From: Myxococcales bacterium | Lineage (GTDB): Bacteria; Myxococcota_A; UBA9042 | DNA: 64,000 nucleotides | Direction of reading: 5' to 3' | Assembly: GCA_947499075.1 (NCBI GenBank) | Contig: CANMNA010000002.1 | Location: 1,287 to 65,286, forward strand | Shown here: in pieces, positions 28,113 to 36,176 of the stretch | Layout of the letters: every line of letters begins with the position of its first letter | How positions within the stretch are numbered: the stretch's first letter is position 1 | Program-made: the position numbers and the translations under genes | Notes under the pieces: generated by a model | What the model saw: only the letters and a program-made list of their open reading frames with translations | Told to the model about the DNA's origin: nothing | Databases searched by the model: none

Positions 28113-30098
28113 TCACTTGCACAGACCTTCGCACTTGGCCTCGCAGGTGCCCTTGCAGCACACGCTCTTGCCGTTGGGGCCGCACGGCAGGCCGTCGGGC
28201 GCAGGCGCGTTGCGGCACAGCCCGCCGGGCGTGCAGGAGTTGAGGCCGCACTCTTTGGCGCCCGCATCGCAGTCGGTGTCGACGGCGCAGGCGCGGCGGA
28301 ACGTCAGGCGGGTGTCGCGCTCGTTGTCGAGCTCTTCAAACCGGTAGTCGATCTCGGCGGTGCCGACAAAAATGTTCTCCAGGCTCTGAAACAGGTTGTT
28401 TTGATATTTCATGCGGCCGCGCATCGCCCGCATTTGGCCAATCGGCTCGCTCTTGACGTTGTTGTCGACAAAGCCGACGCGCCAAGTGCCGGCCAAGGCA
28501 TAGCGCACCTTGAGGATGGCGCGGCTCATGCTGTCGCTCCACTTCTCCGCGTCGCTGCGGTTAAACGAGGCGGTGCTGATCAGCTGGTAGGTGCCTTCGG
28601 ACCGGCACGCCAACTCTTGCAGGGTCTCGTCGGGCTCAGTGTGGCCTTTGGACTGAATCTGGATGACGTGGATATGAATGGGAAAGCCGTCTTGGGCCAT
28701 TTTGTGCAGCAGTTCTTTGTAGCGCACGGTCGTGAACGAGCACTCTTTGCGGCACTGGCCGCCGGCCTTGAACGGCTGGACGAATGTGAAATTGTCGTTG
28801 GGTGTGCAGGTGTCCGGACCGTCGGTTAGCAGCACAATGTGCTTGGCGTTGCCCTTGGTTTCAGGGTGGACAGGCCCGGCGGGGAACGCCTTGAGGAAGT
28901 CGTAGCCTGCTTGGATGGCCTCATACACCGGCGATCGGCCGTTGCCTTCGTACTTGGCCAAGGCTTCGATGCCGTACTTGTTGAAGGCTTTTTTCTGGGC
29001 ATTGGCGCCGTAGCAAAAGCTCAACTGGTCGTTGGGCGCACGATTGGGTACGGTTGCCTTGGTTTGGTCTGGGCGCGGCCCGCAGCGAAAATTTGAGCCG
29101 GCCTTGCTGCTGGTGATGCAGTCGGTGTCGCTGGTGCAGGCCAAGCCTTCGACGATGGTATAGCTGCCCGCACCATCGTCGGCTTGGCAGACCACATCAT
29201 CGGTGCACGCGGCGTAGACCTGCTCTTTTTCGGAGTAGCCCAGCGCGACAACGCGGTCCTGGGCGTTGAGCGAGTCGATGAGCTGGCGCGCGCCATCGAC
29301 GAGCACGTAGCGCGGATCTGAGGCGCACTCAATGAAGTCGCCGGGCGGCTTCAAGGTGCCCGGGGTGTCTTCAGCGAAGTTGCTGGCGTTCTTGCACAGC
29401 GGCTGATCGGTGGCCATAAAGCCCGACACTGAGCCGGTGTGGTCGACGATCACAGCGACGTTTTGGAAGGTATCGGACTTGTCCTTGTCGCAGCGCAGGG
29501 CATCGCGCCGGAAATTCACTGCTTTGGCCTTCTGGGAGGACTTGGTGCCGCCGCCCGCGCATCCGCCGCTGCCTTGGGTACCGGCGTGCTGCTCGTAACA
29601 ATCGAGCTCAAGGGTAAAGTGACCGGGGGCGACGGTGCTGAACTCTTTGCTGGTCGACAGCGACTGGAATTCGATGCGCTCGCCCTCCTTGATGCCGAAG
29701 TCCTTCTCGTTTGCGCACTTGGGCTTGTTCTTGCGGTTGTTGGGGTCAGACGACACCAAGTTGACGGTCAACTCCATGCCATTGGGATCGGCCTCAGTCT
29801 GGCCGGGCAACAGGTCGCCCGCCTCGTCGCGCAGCGGCGCACCGCACACGCGCTTGATCGCGCCGGTCTGGGTGTTGATGATCGCCGGAAACGCCGACAC
29901 CACCTGCACAGTCTGAAACGCGATCTGGTCCAAACTAAACCGGGCGGAGTAATCACAGGAGGCTAAGCCGCCGGTGATCGTCCAGACCGTGGCCGCGGTG
30001 CCAGCCAGCATCGCCCAAGGCAAAACTACGCGACGGGCGCCAGTGGCGGCGGCCGACTGGGTGCGGGCGGCCGAAGATTTGGGATGCAATTGTGCCAT
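28113..30098 (-). CDS. Cys-rich von Willebrand A domain lipoprotein (CglB-like adhesin candidate)
   Basis: Lipobox LAS-C, MIDAS-like VIVDHTGS and IVLLTDG motifs, many Cys including a Cys-rich C-terminus. Start uncertain. Confidence 0.68.
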   Translation of the reverse strand: MAQLHPKSSAARTQSAAATGARRVVLPWAMLAGTAATVWTITGGLASCDYSARFSLDQIAFQTVQVVSAFPAIINTQTGAIKRVCGAPLRDEAGDLLPGQTEADPNGMELTVNLVSSDPNNRKNKPKCANEKDFGIKEGERIEFQSLSTSKEFSTVAPGHFTLELDCYEQHAGTQGSGGCAGGGTKSSQKAKAVNFRRDALRCDKDKSDTFQNVAVIVDHTGSVSGFMATDQPLCKNASNFAEDTPGTLKPPGDFIECASDPRYVLVDGARQLIDSLNAQDRVVALGYSEKEQVYAACTDDVVCQADDGAGSYTIVEGLACTSDTDCITSSKAGSNFRCGPRPDQTKATVPNRAPNDQLSFCYGANAQKKAFNKYGIEALAKYEGNGRSPVYEAIQAGYDFLKAFPAGPVHPETKGNAKHIVLLTDGPDTCTPNDNFTFVQPFKAGGQCRKECSFTTVRYKELLHKMAQDGFPIHIHVIQIQSKGHTEPDETLQELACRSEGTYQLISTASFNRSDAEKWSDSMSRAILKVRYALAGTWRVGFVDNNVKSEPIGQMRAMRGRMKYQNNLFQSLENIFVGTAEIDYRFEELDNERDTRLTFRRACAVDTDCDAGAKECGLNSCTPGGLCRNAPAPDGLPCGPNGKSVCCKGTCEAKCEGLCK

Positions 30099-30292
30099 GT
30101 CGCAACTCAGTTGGCGGCGGGTCAACCCGGCAGGTTCTTCAACCGTGTCGTGCAGTTCCAGCCAGTTCGGGCCCGGTGGGGCGTCACACCGCTACAGCGC
30201 AACCGGCAGTACCGGCGCACAAAAACGGGCCCGTAATGTTTCCCGCAAGGGGGCGGCAAGTCAAGCACAGGTCGACAGCTCCAGTGGGACCA

Positions 30293-30446
30293 CCCAAATT
30301 CCCCACAGAAATCAACCGATGCCCCCGATTTGAGATGCAGATCAAGGAACAAGGAGCTGAAAGAGCGAGGCGTACTCTGGTACGCCGCAGCGAGAGAAGC
30401 GACGCAGTGACGCAGAGATGTGCTCAAAGCGGGGGATCGCGGGCCA
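30293..30446 (+). repeat. ~150-bp structured dispersed repeat, copy 1 (upstream of uvrA)
   Basis: Near-identical to 33450-33602. Internal hairpin GGCGTAC-TCTG-GTACGCC; outer arms CCCCGATTTGAG / CTCAAAGCGGGG. Confidence 0.9.
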
Positions 30447-30517
30447 GGCCAGCACTGGACATGCGTTCAGGTCTGACATAGGCTGCGGCGCCGCGCCGGT
30501 GCGCAAATGCCTGTGCC

Positions 30518-33430
30518 ATGCCTGCTTCACCCCCAGCCGACCCACAAATTGTGCCTGCCGACACCTCAAGTGCCACGGGCATTGCGCCCCAGCCCAAGGA
30601 CTGGCTGACCGTGACGGGCGCTGCGCAGCACAACCTGCAGCACGTCAGCCTGCGTTTGCCCAAGAACAAGCTGCTGGTGTTTTCGGGGCCATCGGGCTCG
30701 GGCAAGTCGTCGCTGGCGTTTGACACGCTGTACGCAGAGGGCCAGCGCCGCTACGTCGAGTCGTTGTCGGCTTATGCCCGGCAGTTTCTGGGCCAGCTGG
30801 ACAAGCCGATCTACGACAAGATCTCGGGCCTGTCGCCGACCATTGCCATCGAGCAGAAGTCGGCCGGCAGCAACCCGCGGTCAACCGTGGGCACGGTGAC
30901 TGAGATCGCGGACTACCTGCGGGTGCTGTACGCACGGATCGGCGTGCAGCACTGCCCAACCTGCGATGCCACGGTGGGCAGCCAAGAGCCCACGCAAATC
31001 GTCCGCGAAATCCTAACATTGCCGCCAGGTGCGCGGATCTTGGTGCTGGCGCCCCTGTGCCGGCAGCGCAAGGGCACGTTTAAGGAAGAGTTTGCCCAAG
31101 CGCTGGCTGATGGCTTCGTGCGGGTCCGCCTGGGCGGTCAAGTACAAGAAATCACAGCGGGCATGGCCCTTGACAAGCACGGCAAGCACGACATCGATCT
31201 GGTGATCGATCGCGCGACCGTGCAACCCGAGGAGGCGCGGCGGCTGCAGGACAGTGTGGAGCAGGCCCTCAAGCGCGGTGGCGGCAAGTGCATCGTCGCA
31301 GTGGCGAGCACCGAGCCAGCGCCGCCGTGGACCGAAAAATCCTTCAGCGAAGAGCGGTTCTGCGACACTTGCAACCGCAGTTTTGGCGAATTGAGCCCGC
31401 TGGCGTTCTCGTTCAACAGCCCGGTCGGGGCCTGTGAAGCGTGCAAGGGCTTGGGCTTTGCCATGCAGGTCGATCCGGCGCTGGTCGTGCCCGATCCAGC
31501 GCTGACGCTGCGGCAGGGTGCCGTGGTGCCGTGGAAGGGCGTAGCCGATCTGGGCGGCATGACGTTTAAGATCTTGGAGAGCATGGCCAAGTCCCAAGGC
31601 ATTGCCCTGGATACGCCGTGGCGCGAGCTACCCGAGGCCGATCGTGAAAAAGTGTTGTACGGCAGCGACGGCCGCTTTCAGATCAGCTGGTCGGGTCAGC
31701 ACGGCCAAGGGACGTGGGGCGCACGCTTTGAGGGCGTGGTACCGCAGCTGCAGCGGCGGTGGAAGGACACCAAGAGCCAGGACCAGCGCGATTTTTACCA
31801 GGGCTTTTTCGTGCAGGCAGACTGCGCGGAGTGCAAGGGCGTGCGCTTGCGGGCCGATAGCCGCGCGGTGCGGGTGGCCGGGGTGTCGCTGCCGGAGCTG
31901 GGCGGTTGGTCGATCGCCCGGGCCCGGGCTTTTCTGGCAGACATGCCACTTGTCGGCGCAGCAGCCCAAATTGCCTTAGAGGTGCAAAAAGAGCTGCTGT
32001 CGCGGTTGGGCTTTCTGGAGCAAGTGGGCCTGGAGTACCTGACTTTGGATCGCGGCTCGGCCACGCTGTCGGGCGGCGAGGCCCAGCGCATTCGGCTGGC
32101 CAGCCAAGTCGGCTCTGAGTTGACCGGCGTGTTGTACATTCTGGACGAACCTTCGATTGGGCTACACCCGCGGGATAGCCGCCGGCTGGTCCAGACCCTT
32201 TTGCGCCTGCGCGATCTCGGCAACACCGTGCTGGTGGTCGAGCACGACGAAGACACCCTGCGCAGCGCCGATTACCTGGTCGATTTTGGGCCGGGCGCGG
32301 GTCGCCTTGGCGGCCACGTGGTGGCCCAAGGCACGCCGCAGGCGGTGATGGCCGATGTGGCATCGCGGACCGGTGGCTACCTCAGCGGGCGGCTGCAGAT
32401 CGCGCGACCGGCCCAGCGGCGGTCGCCCAAGGGATGGCTGGAGATCGCGCGCGCGACGAGCCACAACCTGCGCGACTTGTCGCTGCGGATGCCGATCGGG
32501 TGCATGGTGGCGGTCACTGGTGTGTCGGGCGCCGGCAAGTCCACGCTGGTTCACGACGTGCTGCTGCCCAACCTGCACGGTGTGCTCAACCGCTCGCGCG
32601 ATGGGTGGCTGCGCTGCCAATCGATCACCGGACTTGCGGCGTTCGACAAAGTCATCGAGGTCGATCAGCAACCGATCGGCCGCACGCCACGCAGCAACCC
32701 GGCGACCTACACCAAGGCTTGGGATCTGGTCCGGCAGGTGTTTGCCGAGCTACCCGAAGCCAGGGTCGCGGGTTATGGCCCGGGGCGCTTCAGCTTTAAC
32801 GTCAAGGGTGGTCGCTGCGAGCACTGCCAAGGCGATGGCGTGCTGCAGATCGAGATGCACTTTCTGGCCGATGTCTACGTGCCATGCGAGGTGTGCCAGA
32901 GCCGCCGCTTCAACGCCGCGACGCTGGCGGTGACCTACAAGGGCAAGTCGATCGCCGATGTATTGGAGATGACGATCGACGAGGCCGCCGAACTGTTCAA
33001 GGCCCACCCTGCAATTCTCAAGGTACTGTCGACGCTGCAGCAAGTCGGCCTGGGCTACATGGCACTGGGTCAATCGGCCACGACGCTGTCGGGCGGCGAA
33101 GCCCAGCGGGTCAAGCTCGCGCGCGAGCTGGCGCGGCCCGGAACCGGCAAGACCCTGTATATGTTTGACGAGCCTACGACTGGGCTGCACTACGACGACG
33201 TGGCCAAGCTGCTCGGCGTGCTCCAACGGCTGACTGACCGGGGCAACACCGTGCTGGTCATTGAGCACAACCTCGATGTGGTGCGCGCGGCCGACTGGGT
33301 CATCGATCTGGGCCCAGAAGGCGGCGGCGGCGGCGGCAAGCTCGTCGCCGAGGGCACACCGGAGCAAGTCGCAGGCGTGGCTGCCAGCCACACTGGGCAG
33401 GCCTTGGCCCAACACGCTGGCGGGCGGTGA
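30518..33430 (+). CDS. uvrA: Excinuclease ABC subunit A
   Basis: GPSGSGKSSLAFDTLYAEGQRRYVESLS, Zn-finger CxxC pairs, two LSGGEAQR signatures and a second Walker A GVSGAGKS. Confidence 0.98.
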   Translation: MPASPPADPQIVPADTSSATGIAPQPKDWLTVTGAAQHNLQHVSLRLPKNKLLVFSGPSGSGKSSLAFDTLYAEGQRRYVESLSAYARQFLGQLDKPIYDKISGLSPTIAIEQKSAGSNPRSTVGTVTEIADYLRVLYARIGVQHCPTCDATVGSQEPTQIVREILTLPPGARILVLAPLCRQRKGTFKEEFAQALADGFVRVRLGGQVQEITAGMALDKHGKHDIDLVIDRATVQPEEARRLQDSVEQALKRGGGKCIVAVASTEPAPPWTEKSFSEERFCDTCNRSFGELSPLAFSFNSPVGACEACKGLGFAMQVDPALVVPDPALTLRQGAVVPWKGVADLGGMTFKILESMAKSQGIALDTPWRELPEADREKVLYGSDGRFQISWSGQHGQGTWGARFEGVVPQLQRRWKDTKSQDQRDFYQGFFVQADCAECKGVRLRADSRAVRVAGVSLPELGGWSIARARAFLADMPLVGAAAQIALEVQKELLSRLGFLEQVGLEYLTLDRGSATLSGGEAQRIRLASQVGSELTGVLYILDEPSIGLHPRDSRRLVQTLLRLRDLGNTVLVVEHDEDTLRSADYLVDFGPGAGRLGGHVVAQGTPQAVMADVASRTGGYLSGRLQIARPAQRRSPKGWLEIARATSHNLRDLSLRMPIGCMVAVTGVSGAGKSTLVHDVLLPNLHGVLNRSRDGWLRCQSITGLAAFDKVIEVDQQPIGRTPRSNPATYTKAWDLVRQVFAELPEARVAGYGPGRFSFNVKGGRCEHCQGDGVLQIEMHFLADVYVPCEVCQSRRFNAATLAVTYKGKSIADVLEMTIDEAAELFKAHPAILKVLSTLQQVGLGYMALGQSATTLSGGEAQRVKLARELARPGTGKTLYMFDEPTTGLHYDDVAKLLGVLQRLTDRGNTVLVIEHNLDVVRAADWVIDLGPEGGGGGGKLVAEGTPEQVAGVAASHTGQALAQHAGGR

Positions 33431-33449
33431 AGTCTTGGGGCGCCGTTTC

Positions 33450-33602
33450 CCCAATTCCCCACAGAAATCTCCCGCGGCCTCCGATTTGAGATGCAGATCA
33501 AGGAACAAGGAGCTGAAAGAGCGAGGCGTACTCAGGTACGCCGCAGCGAGACAAGCGACGCAGTGACGCAGAGATGCGCTCAAAGTGGGGGATCGCGGGC
33601 CA
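33450..33602 (+). repeat. ~150-bp structured dispersed repeat, copy 2 (downstream of uvrA)
   Basis: Same orientation as copy 1. Hairpin GGCGTAC-TCAG-GTACGCC; outer arms CCCGCG..CCTCCGATTTGAG / CTCAAAGTGGGGGATCGCGGG. Confidence 0.9.
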
Positions 33603-33695
33603 TTTGCCCATTGTCCGCCGCCCATTGTCCCGCTACACTACTGGCCTCCGCGCTGCCCACTTGGGTACTCACTTTGCGCGACTACAGGACCCTCC

Positions 33696-34589
33696 ATGCT
33701 GCAATTTTCCCTTGTTGCCCTCGCTTGTTGCGCGGCGCTCGCCAACGGATGTGCCCAGACCACCAATGGCGGCGGCGGCTCAGTCGTTGCCGACACCGGT
33801 GGCACCGCGGCCGCTGACACCACCGGCGCCAAGACCGACACCGTCGCTGCCGGCGAAACTGCTGGCGGCGACAGCAGCACGGTCGGTGCCGAGAAAAACA
33901 TCATCGACTTGCAGAAGGCTTCGGCGGCGTGCCCGACGCCCAACCCAGACTTTTATGGCGCCTCGCTGGGCGTGACCATCCGCAACGCCATCGTGACCTC
34001 GCCCGGTCGCGACGAGGGCAATGCCAAGCCGGCGACCCTGATTGGCCTGTTTGTGCAGCAGAAGAGCGGTGGCCAATGGTCGGGGATGTACGTCACCGGC
34101 AAGAAGAGCGACGAGTTGGGCCAAGTCAAGGTCGGCGACGTCATCACCATGACCGGCGATGTCAAAGATTTTTACTGCTTTACCCAGATCCAGAGCAAGT
34201 TTACAACGATCGAGACGCTGGGCAAAGAGCTTGCGGTGGCCCTGACGGTGACCACCGCCGACTTGGGTGACATCGCAGGCCTGGAAAAAACCGAACCCTA
34301 CGAGAGTGTACTGGTCCAGTTGCACGACGTCGTCGTCGGCGAGGATGCGCTGGGCAGCGACGGCAAGGCCCATGGCGATGTCTACATCGGCAAGGACGAC
34401 AAAGACAAGGCCCTGCGCATGGGCTCAGGGTTCTACGGCGTGTACATGTCCGACAAGAAGGACGGCACGTTTACGCCGAAGTATCCCAAGGGTACCAAGT
34501 TGGGCACGGTGACCGGCGTCGTGGAATACAGCTTCAACACATTCCGTTTGGTGATCACCCGCGACCCAGAAGGCGTGGTCAAGCCGTAG
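33696..34589 (+). CDS. Lipoprotein with OB-fold(s) similar to the YhcR/ExeM nuclease-associated OB domain
   Basis: Signal ending ANGC. Pattern GLFVQ...SGMYV...VKVGDVITMTGDVKDFY..TQI and EPYESVLVQL. No nuclease catalytic domain is evident. Confidence 0.6.
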   Translation: MLQFSLVALACCAALANGCAQTTNGGGGSVVADTGGTAAADTTGAKTDTVAAGETAGGDSSTVGAEKNIIDLQKASAACPTPNPDFYGASLGVTIRNAIVTSPGRDEGNAKPATLIGLFVQQKSGGQWSGMYVTGKKSDELGQVKVGDVITMTGDVKDFYCFTQIQSKFTTIETLGKELAVALTVTTADLGDIAGLEKTEPYESVLVQLHDVVVGEDALGSDGKAHGDVYIGKDDKDKALRMGSGFYGVYMSDKKDGTFTPKYPKGTKLGTVTGVVEYSFNTFRLVITRDPEGVVKP

Positions 34590-34628
34590 GTGATCACCCG
34601 CGACCCAGAAGGCGTGGTCAAGCCGTAG
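34551..34628 (+). repeat. Perfect 39-bp tandem duplication of the last 13 codons (including stop) of the upstream gene
   Basis: GTGATCACCCGCGACCCAGAAGGCGTGGTCAAGCCGTAG x2, followed by a partial echo TCAAGCCGCAG. Confidence 0.95.
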
Positions 34629-34690
34629 TCAAGCCGCAGTACTTGTCCCAATCTCGCCTGCTTTTGGCAGTGTTATTCTGAGGAACCACC

Positions 34691-35653
34691 ATGGAAAAGA
34701 GCAATCTGTACGCGCTGGCCGTTGTGCTAGCCGTGTCTGGCTTCGTTGTCGGCAAGCTCGACGTCGCGAGCCGTTCTGGGGCCAGCGCCCCAGCGGCTGC
34801 GCCCGCCACGTTGTCGCCCGGTGCCGTGGTTGTGGCGGCGCCATCGCCCGTGGCCGAAACTGCGCCAGCCCCTGCTGCGGCGGCACCGAGCGCGCCGATG
34901 CCGGCCGCCGCTGCTGCGGCCGAGGCGCCCAAGCAGCCGAGCTTGCTTGACTCGCAAAGCGATGAGGGGGCCGGCAAAGGCGTCGACGTCGCCAAAGCCG
35001 GCGTGTCTCCCAAAGGTATGGCCAGCCCGTACATTGGCGTCAAAGACGCGCTGGTCGTCGTCAATGTCTACAGTGACTTCCAGTGCCCGGTCTGCAAGCG
35101 ATCGGGCGATCCGATCAAGCAGTTGGCGGTCGATTTTCCTGGCAAGGTCCGGGTCTACTTCCGCAACAATGCGCTGGCGATGCACGGCCGCAGCAAGCCG
35201 GCAGCGCTGGCGGCGTGGGCCGCCAAAAATCAGGGCAAGTTCTGGCAATACCACGACAAGCTTTTTGCCACCGGCTTGCTCGACGACGGCAGCCTAGAGG
35301 CCGCCGCCAAGGACCTAGGCCTGAACATCGACCAGTTCAAGAAAGACATCGCTGATCCCGCCAATTCAGCGCGCCTGGATCAGGAAGCCAAGTGGGCCGA
35401 AGAAATGGGTGCGTCGGGCACCCCCGGCTTTTTCGTCAACGGCATTCGTCAGGTCGGATGGGGTTCGTACATGGCCCTGAAGTCGATGGTCGCGGGCGAA
35501 ATCAGCAAGGCCGAAGAGGCGTTGGCGCAAGGCGCACCCAAAGGCGAGGTCGTCAAGCGTCGCGTTCTGGCGGGCGCGCCCCAAAATACCAAGAATGAAG
35601 GCGAAAAGGGCATCTCGGCCGACACGTGGGCCAAGAACCTGACCGCGGAGTAG
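34691..35653 (+). CDS. DsbA-family thiol:disulfide oxidoreductase
   Basis: YSDFQCPVC active site, cis-Pro motif GTPGFFVNG, N-terminal anchor and Ala/Pro linker, GAGGAA RBS. Confidence 0.9.
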   Translation: MEKSNLYALAVVLAVSGFVVGKLDVASRSGASAPAAAPATLSPGAVVVAAPSPVAETAPAPAAAAPSAPMPAAAAAAEAPKQPSLLDSQSDEGAGKGVDVAKAGVSPKGMASPYIGVKDALVVVNVYSDFQCPVCKRSGDPIKQLAVDFPGKVRVYFRNNALAMHGRSKPAALAAWAAKNQGKFWQYHDKLFATGLLDDGSLEAAAKDLGLNIDQFKKDIADPANSARLDQEAKWAEEMGASGTPGFFVNGIRQVGWGSYMALKSMVAGEISKAEEALAQGAPKGEVVKRRVLAGAPQNTKNEGEKGISADTWAKNLTAE

Positions 35654-35657
35654 CCCG

Positions 35658-36068
35658 ATGCGACCGATTGCCTTGCCGATGGCTGTTGTGGCGCTGTTGG
35701 TGGCCGCGAGCACCAGCGCGGGCGCTGCCCCCAAGTCCACGCTGCTCGGGCGCTACACCTGCGCGCTGTCACAAGGCGAGTTCAAGTACCCAGCGCAGCC
35801 GTGCAGCATCACCGTCAAGCAGGCCAAAGACGGCAGTGGGCGCACCCTGTGGTTCGCCAAGAGCGGCGGGTCGCAGCGCCTCAGCGGTTGGGTCGCGCCA
35901 AAAGAGGACGGTTTTGAGGTCGATGGCCAGCTGCACTGCCCGAAAGGCGCTTGTGATCAGCCCATCCAAATTCGATTCGTGGCCGTGCCGGGCGGCTTCG
36001 ATGGCGCGTTCGACAGCAACCCCGGCGGCGAAGTCAAAGTCGTGATGCGCGCCCGCAGTTCGAAATAA
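35658..36068 (+). CDS. Small secreted hypothetical protein
   Basis: Signal peptide, four Cys, 4-bp gap after the DsbA-family gene. Confidence 0.65.
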   Translation: MRPIALPMAVVALLVAASTSAGAAPKSTLLGRYTCALSQGEFKYPAQPCSITVKQAKDGSGRTLWFAKSGGSQRLSGWVAPKEDGFEVDGQLHCPKGACDQPIQIRFVAVPGGFDGAFDSNPGGEVKVVMRARSSK

Positions 36069-36075
36069 GCCGCTA

Positions 36076-36176
36076 GGAGGCTGTCGGAGAACCTCCTTTT
36101 TGAGCCATTTCTGCCGCGCAACTTATTGATAGCATTAATTCGAAAAACCAGAAACTGGAGTATTCCGACACCCACC
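36076..36176. mobile_element. MITE-like element (~100 bp, AT-rich) with imperfect terminal inverted repeats
   Basis: Left end GGAGGCTGTCGGA vs reverse complement of right end GGTGGGTGTCGGA. CTAG occurs at both junctions (36073-36076 and 36176-36179). Core is much more AT-rich than its surroundings. Confidence 0.65.

Noticed and set aside
30122..30481. Short ORFs sharing peptide sequence with ORFs near 33.5 kb
   Set aside because: They are translations of the dispersed DNA repeat, not credible genes.
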